Below, piece by piece: positions 1 to 14,900 of a stretch of 64,000 bases of DNA (position 1 is its first letter; each line of letters opens with the position of its first letter). A model generated the notes under the pieces. The model was not told the origin of the DNA, ran no database searches, and saw only the letters and a list, made by a program, of their open reading frames with translations. Source of the DNA: an uncultured Candidatus Micrarchaeota archaeon (GTDB lineage: Archaea; Micrarchaeota; Micrarchaeia; Burarchaeales; Fermentimicrarchaeaceae); contig CAVXDX010000003.1 in NCBI GenBank assembly GCA_963760615.1, positions 1-64,000 of the forward strand, in the 5' to 3' direction. The translations under genes and the position numbers were made by a program.

Positions 1-3712
<3,712 letters not shown>

Positions 3713-6700
3713 GCGCCTGTAACGCGGTACCTCACTGGGTATCAACTTACACACACATTCACCGCTATCGGAAACTACTCATGGTATTGCAACGGAACTG
3801 ACCCCAACTTGAAATATGCACCCGCCAATGCGTCACCAGAAAACTATGAGATAAAAGTATTATACTGCAACATGCGCTGGGTCGCCTCCCCAGCCGCCCC
3901 AACAGATTTCAAAACAATCCCAACAAACCACTACGCGCATGTGGTTAACCAGTCAGTGGCAGTCGCTTTATTGGTCACAGATGCCTCGGGAGCCCGCATG
4001 CCGGGTATTAGCGTTAACATAACAGCTTGGGGTTTGCCCGGCTCTCCAAGCGCGGTGGTGCTTTCAGATGCTAGTGGAGTTGCCAATGCATCATTTCTTC
4101 TCCCGCTAAACATCGGCATGTATACTCCACTCAATGCAACCCCTCCGATATGCCCTGGTGGGGTAGCCACCGCACCTGCAGAACCATCAACATATATAAA
4201 TGCCTTCCACGATGTTCCCTACTCCATAAACGTCACTACTCCAAAAACCCTGTTGCTGGACGTTGGAGATCCTTACATCATATCTATTGAGATTGAGGAC
4301 AAGTACGGGAATATATGCAACAGCTCATTTGACGGTCCACCGTACAAAACTTCCGGTGCATTCCCCAATTACGATAAAACTATAGCAATAACCCAAACCC
4401 TCAGGAATTCTACCGATACATGGGTCTATTCGCCAGGAGTGTGCACCATAATCTCCCCCAGCCCATGCTATGCGATTTTCAATGCATCGATGGAGGGTAA
4501 GTACACCTTCAACTTCCAGGCCTACACATGGAATGCAACAGTAACCATTGACAACATAACCAACTACATAGAGGAGGTCACACTGGCTTATGACACTAAC
4601 CCTATTAACCCTCCGTGGCATCAAGGTATCGCGACATCAACTTTCACTCCCACCAATGGGTTGAAAACAGATTCAGTTTTTGTAAAATACAAAAAGCCCA
4701 TAGGACCACTGCCAATTATCAAAGTCATCGCAAACCCGCACCAGATAAGCGTTAATGATTCATTCAATTTAACCGTGCAGGTAGTCCTCTCCAATGGGAC
4801 AGTAGATACTAGCAACAATCACATGGTTGAGATAGACAGACTTGCGCGTCTTGACGTCCCCCAGATCACATGGGCAGTGATAAACGGTAGCGTCCAGCTA
4901 ACCAATGGAGAGTCGACGTTCAATATCACCTCGACCAAATCATTCGATTTCTTCAATATAACAGGCATATACAGGTTATACGCCAAGGATCTAGCAGACC
5001 CTACGATAAACGGCGCCGGCACGCTGATTGTTGGCGCATCAGGAATAGACCACGTGAATGTCTACGTCGACCACCAGGGAGTTTTCAAGACTCTGCCCTT
5101 CTATGTTTACGTTACCGTGCAGGATGTGGCGAACAATACCGTGACAAACTTCACAGGAGAGGTGAACATAACCTGCCCGCCTCTAGCGACCTACCCGACA
5201 TTCGAGACGGCATACCTGTTGCCGGTCGATATGGGTACGACCAATTTCACATTCACTGCGAACCAGAGCGGCACAATCTGGTGCAATGTTTCTGTTTATG
5301 ACTCGGTCAACAAAAGACTAATAGAAGATAATTTCAGCGTGCTCGTTTTGGAACCAGACATGTGTACTTCCTATGCCATACCCCCAGTGGCTACGCTAAC
5401 CCCGCCTTTTGATATACAAGTCGGCTCAAACACCACCCCACCAATCACAGATATAATGAATCACAATTACCAGATAGGCTCCCAGCTGATAGGATACGAC
5501 TCCGCAACTGGACAGATGAAGGGTAACTATAGCATATGCCTTGAGAGCTATCACAGCGGCAGGATGTGTGTCAACTCTACAGACATACAGTTTGACAAGG
5601 CGCCAATCTCCGTCTGCGTCAAGGAGTTCGTCTACAACCCCGAATCCGATGGCCGCATCTCTGACCACATCCATTACAATGGAACTGCTGATCTCGAGGA
5701 AACTTTCAAACACCCAGAAATTGTCTGGGGCTGGGGTTATAATGCCTCCAGCGGCACACTCTCAAACTGCTCCATGACTGGGAATGACAAATATGCAGTA
5801 ACCATGACGCCTGGTCCGCTTTATACGGATTACTTCAATGTGACTGTCAACCTGCCTCTGGGAGTGCTCCAACCCTACAACATAACCAATGATTCGGTGC
5901 TCAACCCCCAAGAGCTGCGAGCTCCGGAAGCTCTTCTTGTGGCGGACCAGAGAAATAACGGCAGACTCGCAAAGTTCACTTTAACCCCTCCGGCAAAATG
6001 GCTTGAGGACTACACCCCAAACATTGTCGGAGCCAATGCCCAGGCGCTTGCCTATGACAACAGGGGAAACATATTCGTGGCGCTTTCAAACACGTCAAAA
6101 ATACTCGTCGTGAGAATGACCCGCTCGTACCCACCTACAATTAGTTTTGTGAAGGAGATAGATACCATAACGCCAAATGGAATGGTCTTCCGACCTTATG
6201 GATTGGACACAGACACCTGGGGCAACCTCTATGTAGTAGGCAACACAAACCCAGACCAGCCGGATAACCGAATGTGCATAAACAAGTACAACAGGACATT
6301 TAGTTTAAACGACAGCAACAACTGCTGCGGTCCTCTTGATGCAGATGGCAACTGCACGGAGAAGTACTATGGAACTGTGCCGAGCATAACCGTGGATGAG
6401 GCCGGCAGTGAAATCTTCATTGTAAGGGACAAGAAGTGGACCTGTAGCTGGGGATTATGCTACTGGATAGGGAACCCCCTCATCTACGAGTATAACGCCT
6501 CAAATGTCAGCCAGAACGTTGGGAACAAAAGCATATTTGGAGACGGCGGTTCGGGCTTCACACTGTGGGGCAACAACCCCAATGAGAATATAACCGATGG
6601 CGTCTGCCTAAGCTTTGCGAACGACCCTGCCAATCCCACACTCGGTCCTGAATACGACAACGCTGACCATCACTTCCTGAGAGGAGTAAAGATGAGGAAA

Positions 6701-9700
6701 GGCTACCTGTACGTTCTTGATTATATGACGCTTCCCCACAGAGAATGGACTGACATGCTAGGTCCTTCAATAGCAGGCAGCTGCCTGGCATGTCCACCAT
6801 GGGCGATTGTTCCTTGCTGCGAAGGGTGCGCGTTACCTCTCAGTCTAGCGTACCCCGATGAATGCAACAACTGCAAGGATGCTGCTTACATAGAGAACCA
6901 GGTGACCAGGCTCCTAGTATTCGATATAGCAGACAACCCTGATGGACATTACAGAGCAAGAATAACTGTTGAGCCAAACACAACAGTCATGACGCAAGGC
7001 ACCAAGGATTTCTTAACCGGCTGGGTAATGCCCCCCACCCATCCGGGCCTTCAGACCTGTGATAGTCTTGGGGGTATCTGTACAGGGCTGACATACTTCA
7101 CACACGGGATGGATGTTGATGGGAACTTCAATGTATACATAGCGCTGAAAGGCAAGAACAATGCCATTGTTCACTACAAACTTAACATAATGCAAGCAGA
7201 CCCCTCTCTAAACTACCCCGGCGGTTCCTACTCATTTGATGTAATAAATGGCTGGCTGCCGGACATGTCAAACCCTGCCGACATTTATAAAACAAGAACT
7301 CTGGGAAGCTGGACTGACGCTTCGCACCCCTATGGTAGTGTGACTGACAATGTCACAAGACCTGACGGCGTGATAGGCTATGCTGACATGATAAAAACAT
7401 CCATGATGGCGGGAGTCTCCTGTGAGGGATGCTCACTGCAGGGTTCTGTCGAGCCGAGCGTATGCACAACGCAGATTTCGCAGACAAACGCCAGCCAATC
7501 ACAGAACATAAACGCATCACTGGCGGCAAGTAACATCGTTCCCGGAACCCCTGTCATAAATGTTCCACCCGGGCAGCCGGCAGTTTACAGGAGAAATTCC
7601 ATATCCACAAACATAACGGCGTTCCTGAGGTTTGATTACCAATTTAAAATAGACCAGTATGCCAATAATATCGATTGCGGAGGAGGCTCAAGTGCATTGA
7701 CTGGCACTCAAACAGTAAATAAACAACTCAATGTCACAAGCTACAGCAATAACCTGGAGCGGCTGGTTGAGGGGGGCGGGCAGTTCTTAGCGCTCACAAC
7801 GCCCAACTACCCTGAGAAGCCTGTCAGACCACCAGATACTCTGCCCTACCTGGCATATAACTACTACACAAACAGGTTCTTCTACAAGCACTACGCCATG
7901 ATGGATAATACATCAAGTGGATCCGGCAACCTGAATGTGATGGGCCCGCCTCCTAACAATTTCTGGCAGTCGCCTGGTCCTCTAGCCTACCCTGGTGCAT
8001 GGTGCGCTTTATTCCCAGATGCATGCGCCAGTCCCGATACAAAGGAGTGGATACTGAATGCAAGCTACAGGAAAACATTCCAGATATTTCAGAATGAATA
8101 CTACAGCTACCAGTACCTCTCCACAACTCCAACAGTGGGAGAATACCAAGAGCAGACTCCCCTCTATGGACTGAAAGCGTCATGGGATGCTGTAAGGGGC
8201 TGGCTTGACGACCCCAATGCGGCACGATACTTCAACCCAGACATAATCAGCACCTACGCACCTGGCACGATACCCCTCAACAACACCATAAACTGGACGT
8301 ACCCATTCGCCTATGTGTTTACTCCAGTAAACCTTGTTCCCAACCCACTTCCATTCACACCCCAACCTGCCGCTGACCATATCTTTATTGCATCAACGAA
8401 TGTTTCCCTGCTCCAGCTCTCCATAATGTGCAAAGATAGTGCAGCGAACGTTCGTACATATGTTGTAACCGTCACCAATCTCAGCTGGGTCTCCCTGGGG
8501 AGCTGTGAGGAAATAGATGGTATAGCAATCAGCGGAGCATCGGATGAAGCCTCACTCTTCATTAAGCCACAGGATCTGCCAGATAGCGAGGGCATATGCT
8601 TTGAAAAAATGGGTGGGTATAACAGCACGCTCTGCAGCACCACAAGAGCATGGTTCAAGCAGTCAATACAGCCCAATACAGTAATCTCCTACATAAGCAA
8701 TCAAAATGATATATCCATGTCAACACGCTACCCGCTTTTGAACGAGCCCGACACCCCTTGGCCGGCATCTCTAAAGCTTGTGCCGGTAAACATGAGCGGT
8801 CCAACAGTTCTAACACTCCATGGGGTGAATAACACCATTATGCCAAATGGCCAATTTGGTCAGATATCTGCTACTGCAAATCTTGGTGTCAGGGAACTCT
8901 ACAATCCACTACCGTTTAACCTGACTGACCACTCAATATACTTCAAATCTGATGCTGATGTCTCAATGGCCTTACTAGGATGGGATCCCATGGCGGGAGC
9001 GTGGAATACCAACGTAAACTACCAAACAAGTTCCGGGTGGTTGCTTATAGCAGGAATAGGAACACCTTACAATGTAGGCGAAATGTATAGTATACGCAAT
9101 ATAAAATGCTCAGATCCGCTAGGCTGTCTCTTCCAGTTCGCAAATGACTCTGCAGGGCAAAAAATCATAGGCGAAGCCTACATTGCTCCGAATCACGATT
9201 ATATTAGTTCTTCCCTTGACGGAATCTATAGATACCCCCAGACCACCTACTCTGTATCAAAAGGTGAGGTGCAGTTCTCTCCAGATGACCCCATGAACAG
9301 AGATTTTAGGGAGATACTATCCATCAGCGGCAAAGGATACCTGGGAGACAGGTTCAATGTCTATACAGACCCGGATGCACTCATACGCATAGATAACCTC
9401 TCTGCCGGAGCATGCATAACTTGCGCCACTGATGCTGACTGCCCCATGGGCATAACCTGTGTGGCTGGGCTGTGCAAAATAGATACCTGCAGAGTAGCAA
9501 TGCATCCCTCAGGGCCACCCTGCCCCCCATCATTCGTTTGCCCAAGGATAGACACATCCGCACTCAACGAAACACTTGAAGTTAGTTCGACTAAGGACCA
9601 CAGCGTGAATGCAACAACTGTAACAATTGTCGGTACAAGAGCAAACGATCCCAACTTTGGTCTCATCAGTGATTCTGCAACCCTCACTGTAGGGCCTAAC

Positions 9701-11974
9701 ACTCCTGTAAGCTTTGGAAATGATAAATTCAGCGGCGTGTATATAATAAAAGTTGTCGATGGTCTAAAAGGAGAAACTCTCACCTTCACAACTGGCCAAA
9801 CCCTTACCGATGTTGCAACGCTGTACCTTCCAACAAGCAACTATACCACCAAATCATCCATAGGTAGCATAGAGCCTCAGCCGAGGAGGCTGATGATAAC
9901 CTCGGACAACCCCACAGCAGGCAGAGTCATACACTACAAAATAAAGGGCATGAAAGGCGATACCCAAGTTGTCGAAGAGGAAAATAGTAAGGCAACTCAA
10001 GTGAGCTGCTCCCTCACCGGCCCTGCGCCAGTTAACCCCGATCCTGCACTCTCTGGATGCACACTCAACTTTTCAACCATAGGAAACCAGGCTGTTGGCG
10101 TTCCCTTCAAAGTAAGGATAACTGCCGTGTCAACAGGTCCGCCTCCTCCGCCTCAGCCAAATGGGTGCGCATCCAACAACCCCGCCTGTCCGGCACCCTA
10201 TGTATGCATAGGCAACACCTGCCAGAACCCGCCACCAACTCTGCAGCCTGTTTCCTACCCATGGACCCAAACAGGATCAGTAGGTGGCACTTGCGGAGGC
10301 AGTAATGCGCCATTCCGTCTCCTAGGACCACCAGACGCCTTTGGAATGTGTGTAGCTTGGCAGTCACTTGTAATCCCTCAGCATTTGGATTCATTTATAG
10401 TAGCGGACAACACCATTGACATTGGAGGAGTCAATACCACTATGCGTTCATGGGATCAGCTAGGCCACACCCTCATAATCAAAGTGTCAAATGACCCCAA
10501 CTGCCGAACTGACAGTAGCCTTTCCACATTCACAGAATACGGCAGATTCACCCCATCCACAATAGCTCAGACTCCTAAAGACTATGTTGTTTACAATGGG
10601 GTTGCCAATGTCAAATGCATAAGCTACGACATCTCTCCTCACACCAGCGGAGAATACTACGTTGATGCAATAGGAGTGTTCCAAATAACACCACAACTTC
10701 CAGTTCCCGCAGGATGTACCTACAGCAACCCAGTATGCCCAGTGGGAACGACATGCGTGGCCAACACCTGCCAAGCCGCAGGACCTCCAGCAGCAAACTG
10801 CAACAGTTTTAACGGGGCTGTCCGGCTCTGGGACTCACTCGGAATGATGTGCCCGCAATCGGCAGGTCCATTCTACCACGGAGTATGGAGCGGCAGTGTC
10901 ATTGTGCCTGCCGCAGGCAATGACAGGATAACCGCCTTTAACCCCGAGGGTGCTGGGGTGAGCGGGCAGAGCAATCAATTCTTAGTTTCCGCAGTAACCG
11001 GTGCATCGTCTGCCTCCCTTATAACAAACGAACAATTCACCCATGTGCTCTCCATAGAGATAGGAGGGAACGGCGACGATACACAGGAGAATGAGCATTT
11101 CAACATAACCACCGCCCCGCTCTCTATTGACTACCCAGGTACTACAGACCAGGTGCCCGAGCAGATAGGGGTGATAGACGTTGTGCCCAACGATTTCACT
11201 GTTGGTTCCCACCAGAACAAATCAGGCACCTACCTGTACTCGCAGCAGGATTCGATAAATCTGAACATACCAGACAACAACTCCCTTGGGCTGCACAACT
11301 TCCAGTTCAGGTTCTACGATAGGTTCAACAACACTTTCATAGTGCCATACACCATATGGCTGAGACAGCCAACTTCAATCCTCCTCACAATAACCACCCA
11401 AAGAAACGCCGTGGATCTGGACAGGACGGATGTGACAGTAGATGCGCAGTTGCTCTACCAGAGGTTCGACAAGCCAGAGGAGAAACCCAACACTCCAATA
11501 GGAGCTGGCTACAACATCTCGCTCTACGTGCAGAACTCGAGCGACTCAGCATATGACCCCACTGGCTGCCACCCACTTACTGCAGTGTGTCCTATTGCCC
11601 CGGAGATTAGCAACTGCTCCTGCCCGGACTGGATAGACGACCCCAGTAGCCCTGGGGACTGCATACCCTTTGTTCCCCAGTGCAGGCAGTTTGGCTGGCT
11701 GCCCAATGCCACTGGCGGGAGCATATTCCCCACAGATGCCAACGGCATGGTTCACACATCATTCTCAATCTGGGGCTTTGGGAGAAGAATGATGTTCGCA
11801 GTGTTCAACGGAACTAGGGAATACGCGCCAGCAATTCAGATACAGCCCTTCTACGCTGGAGGGATGAACATAGGAATGGGCAAGTTCTCAGTGCTGGAGC
11901 CTCTCCTGCTTGTAGCAGCCGCCCTGGGCCTACTGGCAGTCAAACGAAAGTTTAATAAGCAAAAAAATGAGTAA
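3713..11974 (+). CDS. Giant secreted/surface protein (>2,700 aa, 5'-truncated): Ig-like domains, NHL/beta-propeller-like repeats, Cys-rich modules, C-terminal TM anchor
   Basis: 2,721-aa ORF from TTG 3809, but the frame stays open upstream through the fold-back loop (APVTRYLTGYQLTHTFTAIGNYSWYC). It has no signal peptide, so the N-terminus is missing. Many N-x-S/T sequons; propeller-like blades (ALAYDNRGNIFVA, GLDTDTWGNLYVVG, GMDVDGNFNVYIA); C-terminal hydrophobic helix plus KRKFNKQK. Confidence 0.85.
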   Translation, partial: APVTRYLTGYQLTHTFTAIGNYSWYCNGTDPNLKYAPANASPENYEIKVLYCNMRWVASPAAPTDFKTIPTNHYAHVVNQSVAVALLVTDASGARMPGISVNITAWGLPGSPSAVVLSDASGVANASFLLPLNIGMYTPLNATPPICPGGVATAPAEPSTYINAFHDVPYSINVTTPKTLLLDVGDPYIISIEIEDKYGNICNSSFDGPPYKTSGAFPNYDKTIAITQTLRNSTDTWVYSPGVCTIISPSPCYAIFNASMEGKYTFNFQAYTWNATVTIDNITNYIEEVTLAYDTNPINPPWHQGIATSTFTPTNGLKTDSVFVKYKKPIGPLPIIKVIANPHQISVNDSFNLTVQVVLSNGTVDTSNNHMVEIDRLARLDVPQITWAVINGSVQLTNGESTFNITSTKSFDFFNITGIYRLYAKDLADPTINGAGTLIVGASGIDHVNVYVDHQGVFKTLPFYVYVTVQDVANNTVTNFTGEVNITCPPLATYPTFETAYLLPVDMGTTNFTFTANQSGTIWCNVSVYDSVNKRLIEDNFSVLVLEPDMCTSYAIPPVATLTPPFDIQVGSNTTPPITDIMNHNYQIGSQLIGYDSATGQMKGNYSICLESYHSGRMCVNSTDIQFDKAPISVCVKEFVYNPESDGRISDHIHYNGTADLEETFKHPEIVWGWGYNASSGTLSNCSMTGNDKYAVTMTPGPLYTDYFNVTVNLPLGVLQPYNITNDSVLNPQELRAPEALLVADQRNNGRLAKFTLTPPAKWLEDYTPNIVGANAQALAYDNRGNIFVALSNTSKILVVRMTRSYPPTISFVKEIDTITPNGMVFRPYGLDTDTWGNLYVVGNTNPDQPDNRMCINKYNRTFSLNDSNNCCGPLDADGNCTEKYYGTVPSITVDEAGSEIFIVRDKKWTCSWGLCYWIGNPLIYEYNASNVSQNVGNKSIFGDGGSGFTLWGNNPNENITDGVCLSFANDPANPTLGPEYDNADHHFLRGVKMRKGYLYVLDYMTLPHREWTDMLGPSIAGSCLACPPWAIVPCCEGCALPLSLAYPDECNNCKDAAYIENQVTRLLVFDIADNPDGHYRARITVEPNTTVMTQGTKDFLTGWVMPPTHPGLQTCDSLGGICTGLTYFTHGMDVDGNFNVYIALKGKNNAIVHYKLNIMQADPSLNYPGGSYSFDVINGWLPDMSNPADIYKTRTLGSWTDASHPYGSVTDNVTRPDGVIGYADMIKTSMMAGVSCEGCSLQGSVEPSVCTTQISQTNASQSQNINASLAASNIVPGTPVINVPPGQPAVYRRNSISTNITAFLRFDYQFKIDQYANNIDCGGGSSALTGTQTVNKQLNVTSYSNNLERLVEGGGQFLALTTPNYPEKPVRPPDTLPYLAYNYYTNRFFYKHYAMMDNTSSGSGNLNVMGPPPNNFWQSPGPLAYPGAWCALFPDACASPDTKEWILNASYRKTFQIFQNEYYSYQYLSTTPTVGEYQEQTPLYGLKASWDAVRGWLDDPNAARYFNPDIISTYAPGTIPLNNTINWTYPFAYVFTPVNLVPNPLPFTPQPAADHIFIASTNVSLLQLSIMCKDSAANVRTYVVTVTNLSWVSLGSCEEIDGIAISGASDEASLFIKPQDLPDSEGICFEKMGGYNSTLCSTTRAWFKQSIQPNTVISYISNQNDISMSTRYPLLNEPDTPWPASLKLVPVNMSGPTVLTLHGVNNTIMPNGQFGQISATANLGVRELYNPLPFNLTDHSIYFKSDADVSMALLGWDPMAGAWNTNVNYQTSSGWLLIAGIGTPYNVGEMYSIRNIKCSDPLGCLFQFANDSAGQKIIGEAYIAPNHDYISSSLDGIYRYPQTTYSVSKGEVQFSPDDPMNRDFREILSISGKGYLGDRFNVYTDPDALIRIDNLSAGACITCATDADCPMGITCVAGLCKIDTCRVAMHPSGPPCPPSFVCPRIDTSALNETLEVSSTKDHSVNATTVTIVGTRANDPNFGLISDSATLTVGPNTPVSFGNDKFSGVYIIKVVDGLKGETLTFTTGQTLTDVATLYLPTSNYTTKSSIGSIEPQPRRLMITSDNPTAGRVIHYKIKGMKGDTQVVEEENSKATQVSCSLTGPAPVNPDPALSGCTLNFSTIGNQAVGVPFKVRITAVSTGPPPPPQPNGCASNNPACPAPYVCIGNTCQNPPPTLQPVSYPWTQTGSVGGTCGGSNAPFRLLGPPDAFGMCVAWQSLVIPQHLDSFIVADNTIDIGGVNTTMRSWDQLGHTLIIKVSNDPNCRTDSSLSTFTEYGRFTPSTIAQTPKDYVVYNGVANVKCISYDISPHTSGEYYVDAIGVFQITPQLPVPAGCTYSNPVCPVGTTCVANTCQAAGPPAANCNSFNGAVRLWDSLGMMCPQSAGPFYHGVWSGSVIVPAAGNDRITAFNPEGAGVSGQSNQFLVSAVTGASSASLITNEQFTHVLSIEIGGNGDDTQENEHFNITTAPLSIDYPGTTDQVPEQIGVIDVVPNDFTVGSHQNKSGTYLYSQQDSINLNIPDNNSLGLHNFQFRFYDRFNNTFIVPYTIWLRQPTSILLTITTQRNAVDLDRTDVTVDAQLLYQRFDKPEEKPNTPIGAGYNISLYVQNSSDSAYDPTGCHPLTAVCPIAPEISNCSCPDWIDDPSSPGDCIPFVPQCRQFGWLPNATGGSIFPTDANGMVHTSFSIWGFGRRMMFAVFNGTREYAPAIQIQPFYAGGMNIGMGKFSVLEPLLLVAAALGLLAVKRKFNKQKNE

Positions 11975-14900
11975 TATATACATGAAGCTTAATCGACTGC
12001 TATTTATTATTCTGCCACTTCTTCTTCTCACTACTCCTTCTTTTGCCAGCATGGGCGACATCACAATATGCTTCCCGTTCTTCCTGCTCCTTGCCTTACT
12101 CATGGCTGCCATGCTAGCCCAGGGGAAAAGCCCCCTTGTGGGCTTTGATATATCCATAACCAAGCCGCCAGCAGAAATCAGCTCAACATCCTACAAGGTC
12201 AAATCCTACACTTCGGGCGGCTTCGACACTGTCTCAAAGGGTAGAGATATGGAGGGAGGAGGCACCCACTTGAGCAGGGGAATCGGCTGGGTTGCCAATA
12301 AGTTTACCCAGGGCGCAGGAAAGGTTGCGGAGAAGGCAACACAGGGTCAACACGGAACCAACTGGGCGAAAGGAGGCTCTGGGTTTACAAAAGCAATGTC
12401 CCAGAGAGGCTTTAAGTATGCAGTTACCTCGGGCTCAACGAAGGTTCAGACTGCAGTGAAGGGCATTGCAACCGTGACCAAACATGTCCCAATACTGAAC
12501 AGGCGTCTGGGGGAGAATGCTGCAAGGACGGGCATTGTCGGAGGGGGCGCTCTGACGAATATTGAGATTGCAAAACAGGAAAAGAAGGAGAACGTCAAGA
12601 GCCTCAGGCAGACGCTGGGCTTGGCGTTACTGGGAACGGCAGGTGTGGGCGGCGTTCTGTTAGCTAAGGACAAGATAAAGCAAAAACAGGGGGAGATAGA
12701 TAAGTTAAAGGCGAAGGGAAAGCTGAGCGAGGAGGAGAAGAGACAACTAAAAATTCTAAAAATCCAAGTCAAGGAGGCGAAAAACATAGCGAGCATACGG
12801 GAGGAGCATACGAGACTCTCGGTGAAGAAGGCAAAGGGGGAGGCGTCAAAATCCGAAATCAAGGAACTTAAAAGTTTAACGAAGGAGCTTCTGAGCATGC
12901 GGGATAAATACGCGAAGGAGGGGGGCAAGCAGGCAAAGGCCGATAATCTGTTCAAAAATATGACCACAGAGAGCAGGTGGGCCCGCAAGCTGGCAGTTGA
13001 CGAGAGAAGGAAGAAGGTTCAGATAAAAGCGCTAGATACAGTTGGCAGCGTTAAGGGCAGAGTAACGATGATGGCAGCACCTGGTGCGTTTTTAGTCTCA
13101 GGAGCAGGCATGGGGCTGCGGCATGCAGTCAAATCCCACGCCACCAAGAAAGAGAGGGAGGAACTTAAAAAGACGATTGAAAGTAACAAGACTCCTGACG
13201 GCAAGAAGATGAATGCTGACGCGCCCATGACATGGAAAGAGAAAAAAGAACTTGAGAATTTGAGGGAAAAATCCAAGAAAGATAAGGCAGAAAGCGACAG
13301 GCTTAAACTACTCGCTGCGAGGGAAAGATACCTTGAGCTGAGGGACAGGCCGAAGATGCTGTCGGCCATATTCAACCCCATGGGACTAGACAGGGGAGAC
13401 CTCTTTAAACTCTACCTGAAAGCAAACTTTACTGGAGCCAAATCTGCCGTTAAGGATATACTTCCAATCTATTATTTATCAAATACAAGAGATTGGGCTA
13501 AAGCACGTTCTGAAGATCGTAAGGAAAAGGTTGTAACAAAGACTGCGCCTGAACTCATAAATGCAATAAATGGCAATCTCGCAAAACTAACAACAACCAA
13601 CGACCAAGAAAAGTACAAACTTCTCAAGGATGTGGATAAACAAGTCGGGCAGCTAGTGAATATAATGTACATAAATGAAAAACCCACCCCAGGAGTAGCA
13701 AAGCATTTGGGGCCTGAGCTAGCTAAGAGGCTGTTATCGGAGGACTCCCAGAAGATACTTGCTGCAGCTAATGCTATAACGCTGACAACAAAGGAGCTTA
13801 GAGATAAGAATATTAGCGCTAAGCGTAAAGAAGATCTTGAGAAAGGTTTGACGCAAAAAACAAATAACCTGGCTTTGCTTCTTTTTGGACCTCTGGGGCC
13901 TGAGACACTTGAAAAGGAAAAAAAGATCAAACCGCAAGTAACTACGATCAAAACACAAATAGCTACACCAGCAGAAGTAAAACTAATAAAAAAAGAGCTC
14001 GAAGATAAAGAAAAGGAGTTTGATAAGCAAATTGAAGATAAAAATGATGAGAAGAGGAAAATTAACAAAGAGATAGACGAGATAATCATAGACCAGAGGA
14101 AGGTGAAGGGAGATAAGGACGGAGTAAGAGATAAATATCTAAAAAGGGCCAACAAAGAGCTTGATAGAATACAAGAAGAACAGAGGCAAGCGAGGGCAAA
14201 ACAAGATAGGGAAGGAGTTGAATCTTTAGAAACCAAAATTCAAGAGAAAGAAGCAGAAATTAGGAGCATAAACAAAGATGTAACCAAGTATCTACAAGGG
14301 GAGAAGAGAAACAGGGAAAAAGAAAAAGACAAGGTATTCAAAGATCTTGATAGGATTGATGTAGAGCGACTTGAAGAGCAGGAAAAGATTGTGAGGGACA
14401 GAACCGGAGGGAGGACAGGGGCTTACGGTCTTGGCCTCATGGAAGAGGTTGAGCTGGCAAAGACCAAGGATTTAAAGAAAGAGAAAGATAAAAGAAAAGT
14501 TTTCAATTCCTACTATGTAAGTCCAGAACAGCAGAGGGTAGCCACGACTAACGTAAAATACCTGAAAGACATGTATGACTCCTCAGTCGAGTCCGGAAGC
14601 CCGATTGCCAGGTTGTTCAGGTTCTCCCTTAGACCGTTTGCCGCAACCCAGGAGCTGAGGCATGTACATTCAATCATAGAAAACATCTCATCGCCAATGT
14701 GGGCCGAGTTGCAGAGACAACGGCGCGCTCAAGCGGATCTTCTAAGAGAGCTCAACCAAAGTGAGGAAGCCCAGTCAAGAAGTAATAAACTCCTTGAAAG
14801 GATATTCCCTATGGAAGGTGGGAAGGAAAACCTGTACGATAAGGAAAAAAGGCTCACCAGTGAGATTGCAGATCTGAAGGACAAGATTGGAAAGGACAGG

